From: Phoronis australis
Lineage: Eukaryota > Animalia > Phoronida
DNA length: 64,000 bases
Reading direction: 5' to 3'
Assembly (NCBI GenBank): GCA_002633005.1
Contig: NMRA01000645.1
Location: forward strand, 62,001-126,000
Shown: positions 1 to 12,100 of the stretch, one piece after another
Numbering within the stretch: position 1 is the first letter of the stretch
How the letters are laid out: each line of letters opens with the position of its first letter
Notes under the pieces: generated by a model
Database searches by the model: none
What the model was told of the DNA's origin: nothing
What the model saw: the letters and a program-made list of their open reading frames with translations, nothing else
Made by a program: the position numbers and the translations under genes

Positions 1-1039
1 ACGACTCGTGCATCAAAGTAAAATATTCTAGCTTCAGTTAACAGTCTGAGTCTTTCATTGGTTTCTTTGAAATGCAGTGTGCATTCTTGTCACTCTCGTG
101 GGTGATATCCAATATTTTAGCCAATGGCATTAGCAGTGGCGAATCATCTTGTTTTGTCGGAGTGTGCAAATGTTGTTCTTTCTTTCCTTCTTGTGGGTGA
201 GAAGTGAGGGATGGTGCGATTATTTGTTTGCTTTGCCTGGTCCACATAGTCAGCTTCTAGTTAGATAAAACGAGAATTAAGCGCCTTCCGACCACATGAA
301 AACAAGAAGTATCAATTTGCCTTGTTTCACATCTGCATTATTTTGTCGCAGTCAAGAAACCCTACACTTTGTGAAGCTGGGTGGCCCATGGTAATACTCA
401 TATTACTGAAGCAGAAACCAATATATATTGGCACTGATATCCCTGGTGGTTCAGGCAAGGCTTCAAAAGTTCAAGTTTCGACTGGAAATTTCGAGTTTGA
501 GCTCGCATTTGTAACGTGAATCTTGAGGTCGCAAAGTGCAAGCTACTGAGTATTAGAACTCTCATCAGCATAAAGCATAATATGCTTTAGGTCAAAATTA
601 AAAGTACATTGTCTTGGATTTCATGTTAAACTAAACTGAAAGTATTTTTAAAAAGAAGTTTTAGTTCACATTTTGGAAATTTTTTAGCCCTTGCTATGGG
701 ATATCCGACTTCAAATGCCCTGAACATGAAGTTAGACAAGTACAGTTTTATGTGTCAATAATAATCAGACAAAATAACCCAAAATTCCCCACAGTACCTA
801 CATGCAAGTGGAATTCACCATCAGAGTGGGTAGAATGGCACCTCGTGATGGGGAGACAGCCATTTTGTTTGGTTATTTTTGATGCGTACTGTATAACAGT
901 TGCGACCAATTAGTAATATCGTCTTTGACAGCTATTCAAAACTAAAATGTTTGGACATGCTTTAAACATTCCCACTAAATAAGATTGGTCCAAACCCCGC
1001 CTGTCAGGGTAAACTGTGGGGTTTGGAAAATTGAACTAG

Positions 1040-2627
1040 ACCGTACTTATCCACCTTGGCTGAGTCGCGCTTGGCTCACGATCAAAAGGATGCCGCCAAG
1101 CTGCTCTATTCATCGAGTCACCAGCGAGGATAATTGGCTACGCTCAGGCGGATATGATCAGCTGATTACAATCTAGCCTAGCAAACTGTACTTTTTATGG
1201 AGAGAGTTTTACACGGTTTTTACTGTAATATTTGAAAAGAGGAGCGAAAACAAATGTGAGTACAACTTTGAATTTTTCAAATCGGCCTAGGGTAAGAGAT
1301 TTTGCAACACAGCAACACTCACGATTACTTTCATTCGGCGCGCATGAATACAAAAATATAGACCCAAGTTATTTAGATTTTGGAACACATCCATTGCAAT
1401 ATTCAAAATACGTTTATTATGAATCTTACAAGCTTTAAAACGATGTTTAATTTTATTGTGCTCATTCATTGTCATCCGTCAAATCGGAAATTTCCGAGAT
1501 GTGATCTGCGGCGTGCGCATATGTGTACAAAACACGTGATTGTTATGTTCCTGAAGTACGAAAATTAAGCAACTTTAGCATGCCGTTATTATTGACAGGG
1601 ACACGATAAAACGAATTTGGATTTTGACTATAGTCTTGATACAGCGAGCTGGCTGACCACTGCATCAATGTCTCCGTTAGACCCAGAAATTTCACACAGC
1701 CCGGGTAGTTCACCTCGTCCCCAACATGTAGATCGAGCCTTGGACTATTAATACTCCACGGTAGAGCTAACGACCGTCAGCCTGTGCACACAAAATCTGT
1801 GAGTTAACCAGCACTCACCTTGCACGTTGCAACCGTTTAAGTGAAAAACAATCCAGTAAACGCCATTTTCTTGCATAATCCTCCGCCTTTTGTAACACAC
1901 TCGCACGCTCACTCACTCTCATACACTGACGAACTTCAAAACAAACGTCACATGACAACAACATGTGTGTTCATCCAGAGATTTTTCTCGTGTTGTGGGG
2001 TACGATGTAGTGCAGATTTGGACTTAATCGCAATTAATCTGGACTCCTCATGAACTTTAAAAATTGTAAAACATAAGGAAGATTTCAGGTAATTTGTTGA
2101 GTCGAAACTATATTCTTATTCAAGAATTCAAGTTTTCCTATTGACGATCGCGATTCAGCGACGCATCAATTGGCAAGTTTTCGCCCTGTGATGAGCACAA
2201 TTTTTTGAAAAATTATTATAATTTAACAACGGAATTTGATAGCAATGCACCACAATTTTGTAGAAAGACTGTCATGGGCTACAATTACGTCACAGAGCGT
2301 AAATTTGTTGAATCCTAGCTTCCGATTTTACCTGTTTGGGAAACCGGGTTTCAACTGTCGCAACTACAATAAGCGTCCCCTCCCCGTGAAATGAATTTTT
2401 CTAAGCATTTTTTAGAGCCAATACAGTATACAGCTTTCCACCAAGGCTAGGTGATGTTACTACATTATTCTTTGTTGCATTAATTAACTGGTCTTGGCTA
2501 ATTATCATTTGATGGCCTGATCATCCATTCAGCCAAAAGTAGTTCTAGAGGTGGCTTATCAGCCAATTATTCATGCATGCTGACTCACAATAGAAGCCTG
2601 ATAAGAGTGAAGGTGGATAAATGCGGT
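1040..2627. mobile_element. Candidate non-autonomous TIR element (~1.6 kb)
   Basis: ACCGTACTTATCCACCTT at 1040-1057 and a 16/18 inverted copy at 2610-2627, plus weaker subterminal inverted matches; no clean TSD. Confidence 0.45.
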
Positions 2628-2960
2628 GTTCCTACAGTTTCTTGTGGTAGTGGATGTGTTCACGACATGAAATCATGAATCTCTCTTCATCCTAAGAGCC
2701 AGGCAATAATTTTGGAATATATCTGTCAAACACTTGACTCGGAGACAACACATAATTCGCAGTCATGAAATAATGAGATTAATTGTAGTGGAAACTCTAA
2801 GTTCGTCTTTCCCTGCCACTCATTAAATGAATGCCACATGCCACGATGCAGGCCTAAGTTTTCTGACTGATGAGTCTTCACTCTTCAAAAAGTCCTCATT
2901 GAGTTGTAATAATAGCGTGTTGTCGATCATTGTCAGTTCCGTTATCATTTCATCTTTCAG

Positions 2961-3122
2961 GTTCTTCACGTGAAGTACTTAATGTTGCTTTTACTGGAGA
3001 CAAGGAAAAGGTTAAAATCGATGGGAAATGTTAACTATGTGTCAACGTCAATGTCAAAACAAATCACCATCGTAGGCGATCTGCATGGAAAATTGGATGA
3101 CCTCTGTATCATCTTCTATAAG
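2961..3122 (+). CDS. PPEF2: PPEF exon (VLHVKYLM...[17 protein letters not shown])
   Basis: ctttcag acceptor, GT at 3123; GDLHG motif; 162 nt, phase 0/0. Confidence 0.93.
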
Positions 3123-6100
3123 GTACAATGCTTCCGTCAATCCTTGCATCATAGTGTGTTGAGATTTGAACACTAATGAGTTGTCATATTAAGTAGGCCT
3201 TGTTTTTGCTGAGAGTTCTCGCGGTTAAATACAAATAAACAATTCCTGTTTTAAGTAGCAGGATTAATGGAAAACTCCTGCTGGAGTGATAATTGGGTCA
3301 TCTTCGTTGTTTTAACTTGTACGTTCGGTACTTAGTTCTACTATCTTTTTGGTAATTCAGATATCAGCATGTCAACCGAGTAATGAAAGAATAAGTTGGT
3401 TTTAATGTTTGTAGTTGCAGGTTTTTCAAACTAAAACAGTGTAGGTATTGGAATTTTATGGTTTGGTTTCGTGTGCATTGCATTTTGTATAATATTTTTA
3501 TTTTAGACTTAAAAGGGCTAAAATTATCAGGGCTGTTCCAGCAAAATCTGTATGGGAGGGGGGAAGGCATTTTGATTTCGTACCCACCACCCATATTTTT
3601 CATTTATTTCTCCAACCCATGACTCATAATTTTTTAATTATTTTTAATAGGTTAAAATATAAAATCCAACACTTGCAAACAAATTGCCTCCAGGATGACC
3701 TGTTAAGAACTTAGATGATTGACAGAAAAGAACTAGTTGTCTTGTCCAATATTGTCAAAAACTAAAGTAGCCTGTGAGCAATACTTTTGGCAGCCACCAG
3801 GTGTCTCTTATCTTACTCCTCATACTTTTTATTTAAAAATCATCAATTTTCTTATATGTGTTAACTTTTCAATTCAATAGGACTGCAGACAAACATTTGA
3901 CTCAAATCAAGTTGCCCATGACTTGATTAATGGCTTAGTGAACATATTGCACTCGGTTCGCTGGCAATATGGGCTTTTTTGTATTGGGATAAGTTAGGAT
4001 AATTATGCCAATTGCATTTTTTTGAGTTTCGATGGCTGAAGTAACCAACCTGTCAACATTAACAGGTCAAAAAATACCACCCATTTTTAATGCATCACTT
4101 CTTACAGGAAGGACCACCCATAATTTGAGTTTTTTTCTGAAGACCACCACCCATGAATTTTTATTTCTACTGCTGTCCCTCCCCCTCCCACACGGATTTT
4201 ACTGGAACAGCCCTCAGCAAATCGTTAAATGCTATGTCTTGTAAGATTGTTCAAATCTCTCCTATTCACTTTTCTCAGCCGGGTGCAGTCCTTTTTGCTC
4301 CAAAAATATTTTATTTCTCATTTCAAAAATCGGTCTTCAGAAAGATGATTGCTCCCAGATGTAATGGCTTAATTCAAATTATTGTGCATTAAAAAGTTCG
4401 ATGACTTGCAATTGGCATAATAGTCTGAGTCGATCACAATGGTCATTCAAGGGGAAAACATGTTTAATTTAACTCAATTTAAGCCTTATTGGACAATTTT
4501 TATATGATTGGATGTCCTTGCAAAGTTTCTCATCAATACTTGACAAGCAAAACACATTGACCTTTGATCATATTCAATGTTGGGCAATACTTACTGATGA
4601 GTAAATGTCTAATCCAGTACCACAGATGGCAGGGGAGAAATCTCTTTATTTCATTAATGGGTCTTAACATCAATTACTTTGTGCCTCGTGGTCGTTGTCC
4701 AGGTCATTAACCATATTCTTCAGTTGATTTGCCAGAACGTAGCCAAGGGAATAACAGGTCGTAGAGATAAGATTGCAAATAAATATTCTGCGAACAGAAT
4801 TGGAATGCGTCCTATGACTGATCATTATAGTTGTTCACTGAATGCCTTCAAAAAATCTTGTATTGCCGAATGAAATATTTAGTAAACCAATGAGCAAAGT
4901 TTTGGAATAACTTGTAAGTGAATCTCTGCTTATCAATACGACATTGATATATATTCAGTATTTAATTAATTTCATAAAAAGTTCTTAAAATGTATAAAAA
5001 TTTAACATCTAGATAATTATATAGTTACTGATTTGTGAAGCTTAAGTGCTTATGCCTCTATCTGAGTATCACACAAATAGAAACAAAAATTTATGGTCAA
5101 TGTTTGTTTAAAGCAACAGCGGGAAGAAGTAGAAACGCATCATTTGTCATTTGTTTGTATATGCTTTGATAATCTGATTGCCTACGATTCACGTCAAAAA
5201 TTATTAGAAAAAGCACAATATTTCATTCATCAGCAGTAAACACTCTGCAGTGTAGCGCACAATATGGTGGATATGCGGAAATTTATTTTTGTCAAGTTTT
5301 TCAATTGACTTCACTATCAGCATATATTTTGATCAGCTGTTATGAAACAAAACTTTGCCCATTTTCACAACATAACCAGTCCTTATAGAGAGAATTGTAG
5401 AGAAAATGCTATTTTGGCTATTATTTTTGATTGAAAATTAAGATTTGCCATGCGTACTTTGGACTTTTGATTGCTTGGTTGTGCTAGTGATACTCAAGCC
5501 TCTCCCCACGGTTTTATCCTGTACCTGAAATTGTTCAGACAAGTTCTCCAAGCCTCGTGAGCTGTTTTCTTGTGAAATTATCTATGAATCACCATCGTAT
5601 TAGGTTTCATCCCATTATCATTTGTGGAGTGTCAGGTGCCTTATTTGAGGTAATGATACATAAATAGTATTCATTTATTGTACAGTTATGAAAGGGATTT
5701 TCTCCATTACACTGTCGCAGTCTCCCTAATTGGTCAATTTTTGTCCAAGTTTGTTGAATTTCTTTGTTTTACTTCAAGAAAAAGAAGACAAGGTTTTTAG
5801 CCTTTGGCCAACATTTGTGTGCCGGATATGCAGGCCGGATTTTGACATTCTAGATCTTACAAACACAGCTGTTTTGTCAAGAAATTTGTGAAAATGCAAT
5901 TTTGCTTATCTTCCATACTGTGTTCTAGCATGAAGAATTTAACCAAACGGGTTTTGATTCTAACAGTCTTGTGCATTCTTGTGTTTACTTAATGCTGTTT
6001 TTCGCTTTCCAGAATGGCCTTCCAGCCGGTGGCAATACTTACATATTCAACGGTGATTTTGTGGACAGGGGAAGTAACTCCGTAGAAGTGATCTGCATTC

Positions 6101-9100
6101 TGTTCGCCTGTCTGCTGGTTCATCCAAATGATGTATTTCTCAACAGAGGGAACCACGAAGACCACGTCATGAATCTCAGGTAGTTGCAGACGTTCGACAT
6201 ACAATTTTTACTACAAAAGGCTCAGAATATGACAATGACTTCCGCTTAATCTAATCTCAAAAACTACTGAGACGAAACTAATTTTTTTTGCTCTTCAGAT
6301 ATTTCAGGATGTCTGCTTATCTGTGTGAGACAATTGAACATCCCTCTGCGCAACAGGAAAATCCTACATCCCAGATTCATCTGATTCTTCTTTTGCGGAA
6401 GAAGAAAAAATATTGAATGATTGACTTAGCTCTTGAAATATATAACTGTTAGTATATTTTTGAGCCAAGGTTGCATAGTTTAAAACATTTTACCGTGCCT
6501 TTCTTAGCTTTTCAAATTTAACGTCTGTATATTGCAACTCACTATTCATCAGAGTGGCAAATGGAGAAGAAATTTCATTCTAAAAGGGCATAGTACATAA
6601 AACTGATGCAAGTACCTTACAGATGTGCAACAGTGTTGGCAAATACTGGAGAATCAAAGTCATCGTTATCGTGTTCCAAGAAGTAGATATTCGGCTGCAT
6701 GAATTATGAAAAAGCTTTAAATCTCTAAAGCATTATAGCCTCTGTTTTGCTTTCTAGAGTTTTTCGCTAATGGAGTTACCTGTACCATAAATGAAACTTA
6801 AGCCTCTTTGCTTTTCCTTGTGATTATGTGCATCTTACATTAGATATTTTCTCTGTATTTTCATCTTTTCCCTGTGCATTTTCATTAATTCATTAAGTAA
6901 TCTTCAAAGGGAAACATATCAAGATCCACTGAAACTGGTACTGCAAGCTTCATTTTATTGGTATTAGATGTATTCCTAGTTTAACTCAAACACTTGCTTA
7001 AAGGCCTGAATTCCATTATAGACCCAGTTACAACCTGCAGACACATGTGACTAAACTAATTGTAACCATTAACACATGCATTTTTGAAAAACCTGGTTGA
7101 AGTTTTTAAAAACTTTCAGGTACGGCTTTCTGAAGGAAGTCATGTCGAAGTACAAAAGTCACGCACCAAGGATAATGCGACTCTTTACGGACGTCTTCAG
7201 CTGGCTGCCTCTGGTAACCATCATAGATCACAAGATATTAGTGGCTCACGGCGGAGTCTCCGACAAAACTAGTCTGGAAGTGATCAAAACTCTTAACAGG
7301 CACAGGGTAGGGTTTTAAGGCTGAAACTCTAGACGTGTTGGCTTTTGAAAAGTAATTTATATGGCAACTGGAAAGCAGAAATCTTAAAAAGTAATCATAA
7401 GGCTCCAACTTTCTTTGCTCACCATCTGACAAACTTTGTAACCAAAATTTGATAATTTTTTTCAAATTAGCAACGAAAATTTCCACCCAGTCATTTAATT
7501 ATACAATTGCAGTGACCAATTTTCAGTGCTTAAAGTTCAAAATTATAAGTTTTAAAGACGTTTACATTACCTTGACTTGGTACATTACTATGTAACATCA
7601 AGGAGTGTCCTAGTACAGGAGAGTTCACTCCGCCATTTTACCATTCGCCGCAATGGTTACCGGTCGAAACACTAGCGCCCCAAGCAGTGAATAATCAACA
7701 CTTAGATAGGAGCGCAGTCCGAACAATGTAAACACTGATAAATTCATACTTAAATGACATTCAACGTGCAATAAAATTACTGACTGTGTGATTGAAAATG
7801 GTTAGAATACATAAACTAACATCCGCTTACAATCGAATGAGAAAGAAACTGTGTATTTTAATCAATATTAAAGTGTATTTGTTTTTATTCTCTTGAAGCT
7901 CCCTTCAAAATCCATGATCATGGTTTTGTTTCATGCTTGAGTTCTTAACAAGGCAATTAGCGTTCCTTATAACAGTTCATACCTCCATGGACTACATACT
8001 TTGAATGATTGCTCTTTGGGGTTCAGAGGGGAACTGCCCCCAGGTGCCAGCTAAGGGGGTACCAGGCAAAAACCAGGTGGGCGCCAAATGGGTGTTGACC
8101 CCTTCCAAGGGGGGTTTACATGGGAGGAGTGCTAAACAGGTAAAGACCAATGGGTATGTATGCCACATGTGTGTTGATCCCCTCTGATCGTCACACATTT
8201 TGGTTGCTCCCCTGACCATTGACAAACATGTTGCTCCCAGCTCACTGCTGGTTTCATTTCCACCCAACAATTCCGCATGTGTTCCCTATTCAATGCACCA
8301 GGCTACTAGCAATGCATACAATTGTTTTGTGCAGTGGATGTTAAACAAGTGAGAAGAAGAAAGCAAGGCAATTCATAACTACCACATAATAGTAATACAA
8401 TTTTAGAACATTCCATTATTTCTTATACATGCCAATATAGGGTAAACTCAAATCCACTCTCCCACTCACCAACAGTTACAAGTCAGTTGCTAATCTGTAG
8501 AAAAGCTCACAACTTACAAAACGAAGTAACATTGAGTATATCATCACTCATCACTAATCAAAGTTCAAAATGTCATGGCAAAAAACTTAAAGAGGTACTG
8601 AACAGCAATCAAAATATTCACTACCCACATAGCTTCATACAAAACTGAATTAAAAAGACTTGGATGATAAAACCAAAATTTTATTTTATATACCCACTGT
8701 TCCTATTATCAATAACAGTAAATATTTCAGGTAAGTTAAAGCCAGACCACAAGATCATATCTGATACCTAGCCACAACTGGGGCTTAAATTAATCACAAT
8801 CTCCAAAAACGANNNNNNNNNNNNNNNNNNNNNNNNNNNNNNNNNNNNNNNNNNNNNNNNNNNNNNNNNNNNNNNNNNNNNNNNNNNNNNNNNNNNNNNN
8901 NNNNCAAAAACAATCTGCCACAGTTTTCAAAAAATTCTGGCAGCAGGCTTATTTTGTACAAAGTTGTGTGCAGTCATGTTTTGAGATTTGAATAAAGCAT
9001 TTGCATTATTGATACGCATGCCATGGCCACCTTTTGTTACAGTACTACTCACTGCTCAAACCGCCGATGAGGGAGGGGTCAAATGACGGAGATGAGCTGG

Positions 9101-12100
9101 ATCGTGTTGACTATGTGGAGTGGCGACAGGTGAGGAGAGGTGTGCCCCTGTGTTTTACAAGTTTGGAGTGTTCATTTTGTAAACATGTGAGGCAAGAACA
9201 CTTCGTTTTCTGGTAGTTGATAACTCTTAATGTTCATAAATGTAAATCCTGAACCGGCGTAGAAATGTAGATCACAAAAATTTAAGTCTGGTCTACATGC
9301 CACCTGTTTGCCACATCACATGACCCCTGTCGGGGGATAGAAATAATTTCTGACTTGTGTTCATTAGGTCAGGTGATGTGGCCAATAGGTGGCATGCAGG
9401 CCAGACTTAAAATGTTTGTGGTTCATAAATATACTATGTTGTAAACACATCGATAGACATGTTAACTTCAGGGAAATGGCCATAGCAATGATATGCAGCA
9501 ACAGGAGTTCCGTCAACATTTCTTTGAAGTTCACATGTTTGAAGCACGAGTTGCCAAGTGATCTGAAAAAAAGGATATATATATTTGCGAAGATAATTCT
9601 TTGAAATTAGCGGTATGACACTATCAATATTTAGAGTTTTTTGAAAATTTTGTGGACAGGTAAAAGATTCTACAAAAAGTGCAATTTAAAACTTCAGATG
9701 ATCGATCAATAAAAGTTGTGTTTCCATATCAATAGAATAAAGAAAATCCAGGGAAAATATTGGAAAATGCACTGAGCTAGTCCACAGAAATCCAAATGAT
9801 AATTAAAACAAATTTCCAACCATTTGAGAGGTGTCAAAATTTCACTGAAATACTACTGTAACAATAAATTTGTTTACTAACAAAGTTTCTATCGAAGATT
9901 AGAAGCATACATCGCAGAAAATGAGCATTTCAGATGTGTAATTGCATTGTAATTTGCTCATTTTGTAACTTCATTTTTGTTCTACAGAACCTGATTTTGT
10001 TATTAAATAGATGAACAGTAAAATTCGCGTCAGTTGGACATGCTGTGGTTGATCTAGCCGGCGCTTTCATTCCTTTAAAATAAGTTTAGCTTTGCCTTGC
10101 ACGAAGTTGGATGTGCAAGTTTTATTGTATTTATGTTGAAAAGTAAACGAGTTTGAGCTGTCAACAGACAATGTGTTGAAAAATTATGGGCATTTACAAC
10201 AATGTAAACAGTCCTTGAAAATTAATGAAAGTAGATCAATTTTTGGCACTCCTTTTTGTACGATATTGGCGAGGTTTTAAAACTGTTTGTTATTGGTTTG
10301 ATGACATCAATGCTAGCTCATATAAAAATGTAATTTGCTTTTTTGTTTGTTTCAGATGTTAGATGTTCTCTGGAGTGATCCCAGGAAGCAGCTGGGTTGT
10401 CAAGCCAACCATTTCCGTGGCGGCGGTTGCTATTTTGGACCAGATGTCACGGACATGTTTCTTCGGAAAAACGGTCTCAAGATGCTGATTCGTTCACACG
10501 AATGTAAGCCCGAGGGCTACGAGTTCATGCACGGGAAATTGGTAAATATTAAAATATGAACTATGGTGGAGAAACGTGATTACACGACACGTCATGTTTC
10601 TCTGTCTCAGATAATTCAGATCTGATAGTATTATTCAACTGGCATTTGAACTATGAATACTGAATTGTAGGCACAGTTTTCTTTTATTTTAAAACATGTT
10701 TTTCAAATTAGCTAAGTTCATCAAAGATTAGCGCATCGTGTACTTGATGCGAGTCAGTTTCTGAAACTTTCCTATAGGTTTTAAGACAGAGATATTGGCA
10801 AAATTAACCTAAGTGTGTGTTCATTTTCTGTCATAAATAGCTTTTAGTTTTTAATGTATGTCTACTTTTACAGTTCAGTTAATGACTATTACAGCGTCCA
10901 ATAATCTCCATTTTCTGATACGCATCAAGAACTGTAGTATAAAAGGATCCAGCGAGCATATTTACTGATTTTCTGATCTTTTCCATTTAGCAAAGTTATG
11001 GACAGTGAATTGAAAGCTGATGTTTGTTAGTGGTCACAAAATAACACCTCGGTGATTTCAAAGACATGATTGATGAGGTTACACTAAAAAACTTCAGTAT
11101 TATGCAAACTCAATTTCATACTTATATAAAAGTATATCTTTATGATCTGTGTACAGGTGCTAACAGTTTTCTCGGCGTCTAACTACTATGAGGTAGGAAG
11201 TAACAAGGGGGCCTACATCAAGATGGGTCCGGACCTCAAACCCCACTGCGTCCAGTTCATGGCAACGAAGCAGTCAAGGAAATTGACGCCCTCACAAAGG
11301 TGTGTTGTATTGTGGGTCGAAGAGGTCAACAAAAAGTGACCTTTGACATTGCAGTTGTATCAAAAAATAAACCTGACCTACTGGTGACACATGAAACTGC
11401 ACAGAAATATCCATTTTAGTACAGAAAAGGTATTATTGAATTCTGAGGAATTTTCAAACTTATGCATCTTTACACATTGAGGGCAAATTAATCTCTTCAT
11501 AATATTCAGCAACAGGGCTGTGCTGTCACAAATAACATTCCATTTCACTGTCAAATAGTTGTGGCATGAAAAGTGTCTTAGCTCGACTGAGTTTGACTGT
11601 ACTCTATCCATATGTACAGGTGTCAGTTCTCTGCTCTGTCAAGGTATTTAATTTCATGGTTACATGTCAGTCTATAGTGCCATTTATATTTAGTGTAACT
11701 GGTTTTAAATGTTTTAGTTATTCATTCTTTCTGACTGTGCTGTTAAAGAAGCATTCATGTTTATTTCTAAACTTAACAACATAATTACACGATTGTGTGG
11801 CAAACAAGGCATTAGCTGCCAGCCGTGACTTAATTTATATCTCTATTTCAAATATTTATCAGAATCAGCCTAATAGAAGAGTCAGCTATTCGTGATCTCC
11901 AAGAGAAAATATTCGCATTGAAGTCAACTCTGCTGGAAGACTTCAGGAGTCTCGACAGCGAGGACACAGGTTTGTTTGTTTGTCTGGTTGTTTATTTTCT
12001 GTCAAATGAAAAAGTAAGAAACATTTTTGAGGCTGCTTGTTCATGAAACATTTTGAAAAGCACACATGCGTCTCGTATAAAAGTTGAACCTACAGTACAC

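Noticed and set aside
7992-8270. GC-richer patch with short ORFs next to the gap
   Set aside because: No recognisable domain or splice support; probably an unidentified repeat fragment
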